NCBI GenBank assembly: GCA_047495785.1
Contig: JBLDXI010000042.1
Span: forward strand, 4,526,001 to 4,590,000
Direction of reading: 5' to 3'
DNA length: 64,000 nt
Source: Lepidodermella squamata
Taxonomy: Eukaryota; Animalia; Gastrotricha
Part shown: positions 1-12,507 of the stretch, piece after piece
How positions within the stretch are numbered: the stretch's first letter is position 1
Layout of the letters: the number at the start of each line of letters is the position of its first letter
Made by a program: the position numbers and the translations under genes
The notes under the pieces: model-generated
Told to the model about the DNA's origin: nothing
Database searches by the model: none
The model's input: the letters and a program-made list of their open reading frames with translations, nothing else

Positions 1-391
1 ATTTTCTCGGAATTATAATTTTGACTTCAATTAACTGCGTTAGTCATGTACTTATCACCCTAAACAGCTGAAACAATTGATAGATGTGCGAACGTAGACG
101 AATGACGATAGATACAAAGGATCGTCATGTTTGCGAATTGACGTCATCTATAATTTGAATTACGCCAGCACATAGTTCGGCCTTTGTGACTTGTCTTAAG
201 TCAGTACATCTTTAGTATGAACATGTTTCATTTGTATTGGAAATCATGAAGAGCACATGTTTTTCATTACCATCAGCACATAAGGCAGATTAATGAAAAT
301 GCAGAAAAATATGAAGCATGTCGAATAGCCGGAATTGGCTCAAAATATATGGGATATTACAAAATATGTATCAGGAGATATTACAATAACT

Positions 392-1778
392 TCACGAAAT
401 CATTTTCCCAATACAAAAGCCATCGAAAACTATGAGTGACAAAATTACTAAGGCGACAACAATGCAATCCTGAAGTCGACCTGTCCTTGCAAAATGTTTG
501 AATCGAACCTCTTTAGAAGGATCACTTGGCATAACAAAGCCGCTATCCGCATCGGCATAGATAACAGATGTTAAGATTTGGTAGATCGTTAGTACCAAAG
601 CGACAATGAATTTTCCGGTAACAATATTTACGAGGTAAACAGTCTCTGAAGTCTGAGGGATGCGATCGAAAACCATTGCCAGAACTACAGCGTAAGACAG
701 AACAACAGTAACGCTGAAACTGACTCGATCCAGTTTACCGGGTGGCATCAACATGCTGGCCAATTGCATGACATAAAGAGAATAGATCGGAAGAAAGATG
801 CTCATGTAGAAATAGTACGGTTTTCTGACGAATTTGATGTTGAACTTGATCCGTGGGAATAAAACATCTCCAGCTTGTGACTGGTTAGAAACCTCCGGTG
901 GCAGTAGGCGATCCAGCTTCCAAATGTCTGTATTCCCAAGGAAAGTTTCTTTTGCAGAAGGGTCGATCTCGAACGTGTGAGGCTCGACGACCATAATAGT
1001 AGTGTCAAGCTCAGCATCGAAGGTGATTCCACATACCAAAGTGTCGAAAGGGAATTTCTCGAATGAAAAATCTCCGCAGGCAATGTCAAATCGTCCCACG
1101 GTTGTGTACATAGCTGGATCCTCTGGCGACAAAGGTGAAACCACAACATAACGACTGGATTGCCTGTTGGTTCAGTAAAATTGTAAAGCTTGTATTGTCT
1201 CAAATTTGACTTCCTACGATTCTATCGTTCGCGGCTGGTAGAATGCGTTCATGTGAACAAAGGTTGGATACCTTGAAGGCAGTCGATAAAAAGATTGTGA
1301 GGAAATATCTCATTATATACTTACCAAGTCTCTGAAAACGGGATTGGAAAATACAAGGAGAAGAATTTTGTGTCATTCCGGCTGCAGTAAGTCGAGTTCT
1401 CTCCAACCAACTGAGAACACTCAACCCTCGGGCATGGATAATCCCAAAAAATGCCGAAAGAAGCCCAAAGCGACAATCTATAATTTTGAAAGTTGAAATA
1501 GCTATTTTCAACGCCGTTAAATTTTACCTCTGGTCCTTATCGCTAATTTCGATCATCCTGTAAAGAGCAGCGGCCATTTTTACTTTCACTGGATCGCCTT
1601 TGAGTAGCAACCAATCAGCTGGTAATGCTAGCGAAGTAACTGGCGGACACATGCTGATGTAATTGGCTTTTAAAATCTCCGTTGGAAGCGAACTGTTTGG
1701 AGTAATGTTTGGAATTACTATCGACGTGGCATGACTTCGCAGCGTCATACATAGTAGCAGAATCATTTTACGCATCAT
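392..1778 (-). CDS. Divergent Cys-loop ligand-gated ion channel subunit, copy 1 (exons 1778-1528, 1477-1325, 1271-1218, 1163-392)
   Basis: Three phase-2 GT-AG introns of about 50 nt join the ORF pieces in frame. The product has a signal peptide, ETWYPTFVHMN (loop-A region), a Cys-loop with FPFD, pre-M1 RKPYYF, M2 DRVSFSVTVVLSY, an M2-M3 linker IPQTS, M3, a short loop and M4. Confidence 0.9.
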
Positions 1779-3310
1779 TTTACAGAAATATTAAAAACCA
1801 AATTTGAAGTTATTTTGTTTCTTTGGACTATTTCGCATTATTCTCACGTGTTCCGATCCTTACAGCTGAAGAAACATTTGATTCCTGGTGTCAGCGTTTT
1901 GCTAGCTTTTCAGAATTGTATTAGCTGCAAAAAAGTAAGCTATAGTGATGGCGAAATTACTATAGCAATTATAAGCATTTGCGTCACTGCTGGTACAAAC
2001 TGTAAGCATTCCATACGATAACGAATTCTGAAGTATGAACTTCGACCTCTGTGGTACGTTTCGTCGAAAATCCAACTGTAAAGCATGATCGGAGTTGCCC
2101 GACCATTTAAAAATAAGCATGAATTTCGCTTTCAAAGCCGTTACAGGTCTACACAGTCATGCAGGTTTCGGCCATGAAATCGCCTCAAAATATCGAAATT
2201 TGCGCTTCAATGGATAGATTGATTTATTAGTGGATTGCACGACCAAATGTTTCATGCCGGTGTCGTAGTAACGATCAGTGGCTGCTGGCTGCTACCCTAA
2301 AGTTGATATGTCAACCTTCTGCATTCGTCATTTGCCGTTAATAACATGCAGATGGCCAGTCACGCAATCCAGCTCTAGCTCCTACTCCAACTCTAGAAAT
2401 CCCCAGTGGTCGTCAGTTGCGAGTTTTTCTATTGAAGATTGAACAAATTTGTTTAAGACAGATGAATACGGCTTTACCAGTATGCCAGTCTTATTCAATC
2501 GAAAACAGCTGCAATTGCTCAAAGCCATACTCCGCGGACTTTAAAGGGAATATCTTGTTATCCTAATCTAAATCTTAGGTATCTTGGAAGTAAAGATTAT
2601 GTATCAATCTCGATTCGACCTCAAAAAACAGCGTCAGATTTCATTAACGAATAATGAAGATTTCGGATAATGAGCAGAATATAACTGACGAGTAGTTTTG
2701 CCATTTCGCTTTCGGTCTTAAAATGCGCTGGCTTTCCTGTATTGACAGCTGAAGTAACTATACCCTACGACTGATGTTTGCAAGAAGAGTTCTTTTCTCT
2801 TAGCGTCTTAAGATGATAAATATGAACGTAAAGACTTAAGCATCTACTTGGGTATTACCTCTAAACTGATTTTATGCGCCCAATGTGACTGATCCTAATG
2901 ATACGCCTTCGCAGGTACGCTATGAGAGGATTTATTATGAAAGGATGTTAGTGTCCTCTGACGTTTTCTGCCTTCCTGCGGATTGCGGCCTCTTCGAAGT
3001 TTGCATACTGCAGTCGAAAACAGAGTTCACTTCTTTACTTCTTGCTGGTTCATTATTTTTTACGAATCGATTCATGTATTTTCTGTAAGTCACACCCATC
3101 TGACACATTATTTGATAATAATATAACTAATTTATAACGTCACCTCTAGGCGCTCCTTGCGTCATTCGCAACGTAAATTGTCCGTGAAACATGCGATGGC
3201 CAGTCGCCATACTTCTAGTCCAAATTTATTTAATCGCAGAAATCCACGTTCTGTGCAGGAAAGCGAAGACTCCCACATGTAGGTACTTGAAAGTTCATTT
3301 AACCAAAATT

Positions 3311-5530
3311 ATGTCTCTGAACTGCATTGTTTTTCTCTGCTCAGTGTTCGTTCTGCTGAAGTTTTGCGATGCAGGCAAAGCTATAAAGCTAAAAGTCCTG
3401 GTGACCTGATCTATCAGTAAGAATGACCCGAGGTTAGTAGTCGCTTGGAGAGCAACATGCCAATATGTAGCGGAGAAACTTAACGGTAGAAGTGACCTCC
3501 TGCGAGATTATTTTATCGAATTTGACATTCGGGATGAACTTACTGGCACGCAGGCCGTCCAACGATTGATCGAATTCCGCAGGGAAACCTCAAGTTTACA
3601 ATCGCCTATAATGGCAGGCCCAGCATTTTCGGTCGGATGCCAAGCTGTAGCTCCTATTTTACACAGAATCAACACGGTATCCATATCATCGTCTTGCACA
3701 GCTGACAGTCTTTACAACAATCCCCTGTACCCAAATCTGTTCCTGAGTCTTACAAGTGCGGTACCAACAGCTATGTCGATGCTAGCTTTCGTTAAAAATG
3801 TCGGCCGGTGGAGAACAATTGGAATTACCGGGACAGCGACAAGTATTGAGTTTTTGGCGTGCCAATACCTGCATGATCGAGCTGTAGAATCTGGGATCAA
3901 TGTGCATTTCTTTGACCTTTTGTACGATGTAACACCAGAGTTTCTGACGAAATTGAAGCTAACTGGGGTCCGTATCATTCTAGTCGGAACTTCCAATCAG
4001 ATACTTTTCACGCAATTTCTATGTGAAGCCTATAGAGCTGGATTGGTTGGACCTCGCTTCGTCTTCCTATCCTTCTCACTTGCGTTTTCCTTTGAGCCAC
4101 CGAAAGGTTGCTCGACAGCAATCCTGATTAAACAAGCTAGACAGACTTTTTATTTCGGCAATTCTGCTGCCCCTCGAAATTACGATGTGGTTAGTGATCT
4201 CGGCGATACAGCTCACGAATTTGAGAATTTCTTGTTCAAGTCGAATTTGAGTACGCCGGGTGAAAACTTGAGGCTGTATCTGCTTCATGACACTTTATCA
4301 AGCATCGCAATCGCTTTGAATGAGACCAACCAACGCCTCAAAGCTGAGTTGAACATGTCTCTAACTAATTATTCCGATAATCCGGAAATTGTGGCTCGTT
4401 TCGCGAGAGAAGCTGTGATAACTAAGGAATACATGGGTCTTCGAGTTGGCCGATCACGTTACACTAAGAGCGGCGGGATTTCGGGCGATTTTCGGGTCGC
4501 AACGCAGTGGACTCCTTATATCGGTTCACAGGTGGTTAACTTCATACAGCTAAGATATAACTACACTTCAGATGCAGATATAAATGAATACGACGTTCAG
4601 CAGGGCGAGAAAATTAATTGGATAATGGGTTCGCCGCCTCGCGATCAGCCGCGAATTCATAGGAAACTGTTGACGGTCCCCTTATCCATATCTGTGCCTT
4701 TGTGGACAATAGCATCAACTGTCTTTTTGGCGCAAACCTTATGCGTTGCAAGGTTGCTGAGGAAAAGGCATACGCTTCCTCAACTCAAGTCTAAACTTTT
4801 CGCTTTGTCGGGTTGCTTACTGATCAACATCTCTGCATTATTTTTCGTTTTGGATTTCACGCCCTTCATTTTAATTACAAGCTTTCTGCTGCTGGGACTT
4901 TCAGTGGCTATTATTTGCGGGCGATCAGCGGCTCACTTCCTAATTTGGAACTCTGGTAAAGCAAAGCGACTACAGAATGCAACTCGAAAGAAAAGAAGAT
5001 TCAGACCCGCTGGATTTCGATTTCAAATCCCCCTTGGTTTTGACCAAATACTTTTGGGAACGAATTTAGGGGTTGTTATACTATCATTATTTCTATTGGT
5101 AGCTTGGGCAGTGACTTCCGAGCCGGAATGCAAGCAAGTTCTAGCATATCCGCCTAACTACGACGAAACTTCTGACACATTAGAAGAGACATGGGTCATG
5201 AAATGTTCGACAAGCTCAGTTTCCTTTGCTATGCTAGGCACATTCGGTGGCGCTCAAATGATTTTGCTATCATTAAGCCTGTTCTTAGCCTACAACTTGA
5301 GGCAGCAACGCAAAGTCAGACAGCTTCGAGGCGAATATCTGGCACATTGCAGCTCGGCTGCTATTTCTGCCACTCTGTTGCCTGCTGGGTTTTTGATCGC
5401 GTTAGTCCTCAGCAACGATCCGATAATGCAACAGTCTGCAACAGGTTTTCTTGCTGTCATGCTCTCCTTTTGCGTGTCGATAGCTTGGCTCTATCCGAAT
5501 AGGGATACGCTAATAGGAATGTCTCGTTGA
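3311..5530 (+). pseudogene. Class C (GABA-B-like) GPCR copy A with a single in-frame TGA at 3407-3409
   Basis: The ATG at 3311 starts a signal peptide that is in frame with ORF 3566-5530. The sequence is collinear with intact copy B apart from the one stop. Venus-flytrap domain plus 7 hydrophobic segments. Confidence 0.8.
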
Positions 5531-6628
5531 AATTTAAATAGATTATATAATACTAATTACGCTATTTATGTTTGTACTACTGCGCGTTCTTTAAAACTCA
5601 ACATTGTTCGCGCGCGCTAAAAGGTTGTGTTTTAGTAGTTTTACTGCTTACCGCACACGATTTCTTTTCTCTCGAATTTTTTTAATATCTCAATATTTCA
5701 TTCATTATTCATTGTAATTATTTTATTTTATTTATTGCTTTAATTATTTTTAAATAAACATTTTTTTTTACATGTCAGCGTTTCGCGCGATACGACCCAG
5801 TTGCGTGCAAGTATTCAATGTTTCAAGTTTTCATTATACCATGCGTATAAGTTTGGCTCACTGGCTAATTTTGTTCTCATACGCCAAGGAGAGGAAACGC
5901 TTAGGAAATTCACAGCATGAACAGACAAGGAAAGTTGTCAGAACGAGATCGCTATCATAGCGACGCCGAAATAGCGTCTCAAGATGAAAAAAAAATGTAT
6001 CAGCCTTGAAAAACTTGCATTTGGGCGGCTGATGATTAGTATGCGATGATGTTTTGGGTTTTTGGAAAGTAATAGGCGAAAAATGAGCTGAACTACTAAA
6101 TTCAAATCGTAACCTGTTGCTCCTGTTGCTCGAAAGCGAAGCTGAGCGCTTTGGGTTGAAAACAACAATTCCCCTTAATTGAAGGTTGCTAATGAAGATG
6201 ACGGTAAAAAACTGAATGGGATTTTTCCCGCGCATGTGTTCAATCAAAGGGCACTGCCCTATGAAAGTAACAATTGACAAAGCATTCATCAAAACCTAAT
6301 TTTAGAATTTGTAATAATGTCGAGGTTGATATTAGTAGCCCGGGCTGCTTTAGAAACAAATACGGTAAATATTTTTGCGTTTTGCTGGACAGTTCAAAAA
6401 CGTGCCAAATTTCTGTTTTCACCACTCACATGATGCCTCATCACGTCATTATAGTCTCTTGATATCTTCTTTAGCATATCTGAACTTTATTCCCCGGCTT
6501 TGATTAGTTAGAGAGGAAGAACTCAGACTTGAGTGAATCTCAACTCGTACTCACAGCGATAATGATTTTTTATTTTTAATGACCTCTCTGTAAATAACTT
6601 TCTTATTATTTCTTACGCCATTACTTAA

Positions 6629-7008
6629 CCCTTAGCCGCCGGCGCAATGACGTGTTAACTCGAGCACCTTTCAGAAAATCCCAGAAAATCAAGAAGAGGC
6701 TAAATTCAAATTCTGAGTCGGCAGAAAGTCTTACATTTAGCCTTAGATTGAAAGCCGAACCTCTTTTTCAGAATAAATTTACCTGGGTTGCCGTTGCTAT
6801 GACGTGTTAACAAGTCATTTAACATTTTTCTCACTATTTTCGACCTGGTCAGAATGGCTTTGAAAATTTGGATTTTCGGGGAGTGCTTGTTTCTTGCTAT
6901 GATTTATCATAATTTATGACGCAACAATGGGTTTGATAGCCCAAATCCTCCAACCACGGTGAATTTTCTCCGGAATTAACGCGTGTACACGTCTTCGGCG
7001 GCTAAGGG
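6629..7008. mobile_element. Non-autonomous piggyBac-like element (380 bp)
   Basis: 13-bp terminal inverted repeats (TIRs) CCCTTAGCCGCCG, flanked on both sides by TTAA. Confidence 0.85.
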
Positions 7009-7127
7009 TTAAGCTATTCCGAAAGGAGCACCCTCATGCTCTGTGTTAGGGCCGTGCTTATTTTAAAGTAACATTATCCATTTATCAAACGAATCTTGTA
7101 CTCGAGAGCCCACATTTTACCAAAACA

Positions 7128-9362
7128 ATGCTTCTGAATCAAACGACCTTTCTCTGCTCTGTGTTCATTCTGCTAAGAATTTCCAACTCAGAGAAGTCTA
7201 CGAAGTTGAAGGTTTTGGTCATTTCACCCATAGCCAGAAACGATCCGAAGCTGGCGGCTGCCTGGGTTGCGACATGTCAGTATGTAGTGGATAAAGTGAA
7301 TCGGCAAAGCGGTTTCTTGCGCGATTATTATATCGAGTTCGATGTACGGGATGAACTCCTTGGAATGCAGGCCGTTCAACGCCTGATCGATTTCCGCAGA
7401 GAGAACTCGAGCTTACAGTCGCCTATAATAGCGGGCCCAACCTATTCAGTAGGATGCCAAGCTGCAGGCCCCATTTTACATCGCTACGACACAGTTTCGA
7501 TCTCGCCGCTCTGCGCAGGTCCGAATCTTTACGGAAACCCTATGTTCCCGAATTTGTTTCTTAGTCTAACAAGTGCCATTCCAACTATTATGTCAATGCT
7601 AGCCTTCGTGAAAAAGGTCGGAAGGTGGGAGAACATTGGCATAGCCGGCACAGCAGGTCCGGAATATGCACTATCCCAATATCTGCACGATCGATCTATC
7701 GAATTTGGGATCAACGTCCTTTTCTTCGATGTTGCAAACGACATAAAACCAGAGTTTGTAACGAATCTGAAGCTAGCGGGAGTTCGCATCATTCTATTTG
7801 GAACGTCCAATCCACTCATTTTCACGCAGTTTCTTTGCGAGGCGCATAGAGCAGGATTGGTTGGACCTCGCTACGTTTTCTTGACCTTCTCCTTTTCTTT
7901 CTCCCTAGAACCACCTAGCGGTTGTACTGCTGCAATATTGATTTTGCAAGCAAGGCAGACGTTTTATTTCGGCAATTCAGCTTCACCTCGGTATTACGGC
8001 GCGATTAGCGATCTTGGCGATACTGCTGAGCAGTTTGAATACTTTTTGTCCGTGTCAAACTCTCTTAAACCTGGTGAGTACTCGAGGCTCTATCTGCTTC
8101 GTGACACGCTGTCCAGCATCGTCTTAGCCCTTGAGGAAACAGACCAGCGTTTGAGAACCGGTTTCAACATGACCCTGAGGAACTATTCTGATAGGCCAGA
8201 AATCGTCGCCAAAGTCGCGAGAGAAGCAGTTTTGGCCAAAGAGTATTTTGGACTTCGAGTTGGGCGAACCCGTTATACCGAAACCGGGGGAATTTCGGGC
8301 GATTTCCGTGTGGCGACACAATGGACGCAGCGCAACGGGACCCAAGTGGTTAACTTCATACAACTTGGACTAAATTACAGTTCTGAGAAGAATGTGTATG
8401 ATTACATCGTCGAGCCGGGAGCTAAAATAGAATGGACAGTTGGTCTGCCACCTCAAGATCGGCCGCAGATTCTAACGCAACTACTGACGGTTCCTATTTC
8501 GATTTCGATAACTGTATGGATTTTAGCCTCTGCGTTATCATTCATTGTTCTTTGTTGCTTTGTGCGCCTCCTCTCCAAAGAACCTCATAAACTGAAGCTT
8601 AATTCAAAAATCCTAGGACTGTCCGGGTCTCTCTTGCTAAATCTCACGGCGATTTTCTTTGCCCTCGACGCGACCCACTCTGTAGTGATTATTAGATTTT
8701 TCACCTTGGGAATAGCCATATCAATCATATGTGGCTACATAACAGCGCACTTCATCATTTGGAACTCTGTACTTACAAGAAGACTGAGAAGGTTATCTCG
8801 CAAATCGGTCATCTCTGTGTTAGGCGGTGCCAACATAGCTAGATCATCTAACATTCGAGTATCGTCTAATATTAAAATTGAAATTCCCCGAAAGGTTCTT
8901 GCTACGAATATCGGAGTGGCTATTCCTTCAATTCTTTTAATGATATCATGGACAATGACATCTAAGCCGAAATGCAATATAGTGTTGGCGTCACAACCAA
9001 CTTACAACGATATATCCGATATCGTCGAAGAGAGTTGGGTCGTGAATTGCTCCACGACTTCCACTTCACTTGCGTTGTTGGGAGCCTTTGGCGCGTTCCA
9101 AATAATTCTTCTTCTATTAAGTATTTTCCTTGCCTACAGTTTAAAGCAGCTGCGAATTGTTACTGGCATTCGTGACGAATATCTGGCACTCAGTGCTTCT
9201 GCGGTCATCACTGCGACTCTGCTTCCAGCTGGGATTTTAATAACAATACTGCTGGGCAGCGATCCAATCAAACTGCAGTCTGCAGTAGGATTCCTCGCGG
9301 TTATATTATCGACTTCGTTTTCAGTCGCCTGGCTCTATCCTAGTAGGAATCGGCTGGCTTAG
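7128..9362 (+). CDS. Intronless class C (GABA-B-like) GPCR copy B, intact, 744 aa
   Basis: Signal peptide. Venus-flytrap motifs include IIAGPTYSVGC, VRIILF, FLCEAHRAGLVGPRYVF and PPQD before TM1. No cysteine-rich domain. Seven TM segments ending WLYP. Confidence 0.88.
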   Translation: MLLNQTTFLCSVFILLRISNSEKSTKLKVLVISPIARNDPKLAAAWVATCQYVVDKVNRQSGFLRDYYIEFDVRDELLGMQAVQRLIDFRRENSSLQSPIIAGPTYSVGCQAAGPILHRYDTVSISPLCAGPNLYGNPMFPNLFLSLTSAIPTIMSMLAFVKKVGRWENIGIAGTAGPEYALSQYLHDRSIEFGINVLFFDVANDIKPEFVTNLKLAGVRIILFGTSNPLIFTQFLCEAHRAGLVGPRYVFLTFSFSFSLEPPSGCTAAILILQARQTFYFGNSASPRYYGAISDLGDTAEQFEYFLSVSNSLKPGEYSRLYLLRDTLSSIVLALEETDQRLRTGFNMTLRNYSDRPEIVAKVAREAVLAKEYFGLRVGRTRYTETGGISGDFRVATQWTQRNGTQVVNFIQLGLNYSSEKNVYDYIVEPGAKIEWTVGLPPQDRPQILTQLLTVPISISITVWILASALSFIVLCCFVRLLSKEPHKLKLNSKILGLSGSLLLNLTAIFFALDATHSVVIIRFFTLGIAISIICGYITAHFIIWNSVLTRRLRRLSRKSVISVLGGANIARSSNIRVSSNIKIEIPRKVLATNIGVAIPSILLMISWTMTSKPKCNIVLASQPTYNDISDIVEESWVVNCSTTSTSLALLGAFGAFQIILLLLSIFLAYSLKQLRIVTGIRDEYLALSASAVITATLLPAGILITILLGSDPIKLQSAVGFLAVILSTSFSVAWLYPSRNRLA

Positions 9363-9810
9363 TTCGGTAAAATATTTCTAATTAATTTCATCGTTTACAC
9401 AATGAGGGATCTGTGTATTCCTGTATTTATGTCATTTTATAGCGAATAAAAGCCAATAACCTTCAAGCACAAGAAAATCTAGTATACCGGTGTAGGTTAG
9501 GAATCTCGCACTCGACAATAAATATCGAGTAGTTAATCGATGGTGATGTTTTTTCAGATGTTTTTTAAGATTCCAACGAATTCCATTTTCCCTCTAACAA
9601 CGTCGATGCGGCTCTTTTTTGATATGGCTACTTCCTAACGATATCTAAGAGCACTTCTTGAGTCATGCACGCGTCGTTAGATTTCAGAAAGCTTGAATAC
9701 AACCGCTCGTGCTGTATTATTCTCCCTAAATTAGCTACATTGGCAGAAAATCACGGAGTGTAATAGGTAGGAGCGCTCTCACGTGTTGTCCAAAGCTCAT
9801 TCCTACGAAG

Positions 9811-12048
9811 ATGTTATTGAATCACCTTGCTTTTCTCTTCTCATTGTTATTCGTTCTGTCCATCAGCTTAGACAATCCCATCAAGCTTAATGTCCTGGTG
9901 ACTGCGCCAATCAGCAAGAATGACCCGAGGCTGGTGGCCGCATGGACGGCAACATGCCAGTATGTAGCCCAGAAACTTAACAGCAGGAGTGATATACTAC
10001 GCGATTATGCAATTGAATTCGACTTGCGTGACGAAGTCGTTGGTGGCGCGTAAGCCGCTCAACGCGTGATCGAATTCCGAAGGGATAACTTAAGCTTACA
10101 GGCGCCTATAATAGGAGGCCCAGCCACTTCCCTCGGGTGCCAGGCTGTGGGCCCTGTTTTACATAAAATTAACACGGTCTCTATCGCCACACTTTGCGCC
10201 GCTGATAATCTTTACGACAACCCTTTGTATCCAAACTTGTTCCTAAGTCTCACCAGTGCGAAGCTTTCGGCTATGGCAATGCTAACTTTCGTTAAAAAAA
10301 TTGGCCAATGGAGAAAAATTGGAATTGTCGCAGTAGCTACAGGCCTTGAGTTTTTATTATCTTTATATTTGCATGACCGAGCGATTTCATCCGGCATGAA
10401 CGTCCTTTTCTATGACGTTTTAAGTGATGTCACGCCAGAGTTTTTGACTAATCTGAAGCTGACGGGAGTTCGTATAATTCTTATACCAACGACTCTCAAA
10501 ATATTTGTTACGCAATTTCTCTGCGAGGCATACAGAGCGGGAATTTTTGGGCCACGCTATGTATTCTTGGCATTCTCACTTTCATTTTCGCTCGAGCCGC
10601 CTCAAGGTTGTTCGGAAGCAGTCTTAATGCAACAAGTGAGACAGACATTTTATTGCGGAAATTCAGCTATGCCGCGAGCTTACGGCGTGGTTAGTGATCT
10701 CGGAGATACTGCCGAGGAATTTGAGTATTTTCTGTCCAACTCAACCTCTCTGAGGCCTATGGAATACTTGACGTTTCACGTGGTTCGTGATGCGTTGTCA
10801 AGCATCGCAATTGCCTTGAATGAAACGGACCAACGTCTTAAGGCTGAACTTAATATGTCTCTGAAAGAATATGCTAATAAGCCTGAAGTTGTGGCGCGTT
10901 ACGCGAGAGAAGCAGTTTTAGGTAAGGAATTCTTGGGACTGAGGCTTGGCCGCCGATCGCGTTACACAAAGAACGGCGGAATGTCGGGCGACTTTCGGGT
11001 TGCAACGCAATTGTCCCAGGTGGTCAACTTCATTCAGCTGAGGCAAAATTCCAGTTCTTATGGGGATACAATGGAATACGAAATTCAGCAAGGTGCAAAG
11101 ATAGAGTGGCTTTTGGGGTCACCACCTCGTGATCAGCCGCGAACTCAGATGAACCTTTTAACGGTTCCAGTGTCAACCTCTGTGCCAGTATTGGTTTTAT
11201 CCTCCACGTTGATATTTGGGCTACTTTTCTGCGTTGTGAGAATTATTTCAAAAATCTATCCCAATCTCCAAATCAAATCGAAAGTTGTTGGTTTGGCAGG
11301 TTGTCTGCTGCAAAACGTTTCTGCTATTATTTTTGTTCTAGGCGTTACGCGTGCTACTTTAATTTCTAGCTTATTCATGCTTGGAATATCCATCTCCATA
11401 GCTTGCGGCTACATTGCGGCTCATTTCTTAATGTGGAACTACGGCTATAAGAAAAGACTGAGAAAGTTACATCACAAGCCGGGTGCGGCTGGAATCTTTG
11501 ACACTAATAGTAAAAAGGGCCTGAACAATTCGGATGTGACCGAATCTCAACCTCACCCGAATTTTAACCGAAAGGTTTTTGCAATGAATTGCGGAATCTC
11601 TATTCCCTCGTTTTTCTTGATGATAGCTTGGGCTGTTACATCAGAGCCTGATTGCCGGAAAGTTCTTGCATTCCCGCCAATATACGACGAAATCGCCGAT
11701 ATTGTCGATGAGAGCTGGGTAGTGAAGTGCTCACTCAGCTCCACTTCGTTAGCTGTGCTAGGTGCATTTGGCGCCGTTCAAATGACACTGCTAATGATAA
11801 GTCTATTCCTAGCCTATAGTTTAAAGCAACTACGCAACATATCAGGGTTTCGAGACGAATATCTGGCTGTCAGTATTTCCGCGATTATTACTGCCTCGCT
11901 TCTGCCTACTGGGGTTCTGATAATATTGCTTTTAGGCGATCCGATTAAGCAGCAGTCTGCAATAGGTTTCATTGCTATCATACTGTCTTTTGGTGTTTCG
12001 GCATCCTGGCTGTATCCCAATAGGAATCAGCTGATACGAATTGCTTGA
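9811..12048 (+). pseudogene. Class C (GABA-B-like) GPCR copy C with a single in-frame TAA at 10051-10053
   Basis: ORFs 9811-10053 and 10066-12048 are in the same frame. The TAA aligns to a Gln codon (CAG) in copies A and B. Confidence 0.8.
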
Positions 12049-12507
12049 TCATGAGCGAGAACGTTGAATCCAATCGAATAGTGATTATTGATGTGACATT
12101 ATTTTATCTCCTACTTTTTGCTATTGATGCAATATAATAATATACTGTTGAGATATTAGGTTCTAGATTGAGCTCTTCATTAAAGATTTTTCTTATCAAT
12201 GAAGATCGATATTAGTCCACATCCGGTTTTCTTATTTACGGTCATTGCTCGCTATATCAGCGAAACGCGACATTATCGCTCACGCATTTCCAGTACCTTT
12301 TTGGCTGATCTGTCTCACCTTTCATGTTAATTAATTTCTGTGTAGGCTACTGGCGGTGCTGCAATTTCCGATTCATCCTCTAAAGACACTGTACTCATGA
12401 TAAAACAAAGTCACTGATAGTAACGAGAGCAACATGATACCTTCCCCTCATCATAGCATCCACGATCACTTTTATCGATAAAACATCACACTCTACACTT
12501 TTTGATC

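Noticed and set aside
3407-3409. Selenocysteine or a reassigned stop codon
   Set aside because: The TGA aligns to Ser/Ala rather than Cys, I recognised no SECIS, and TGA and TAA terminate other genes in the window normally.
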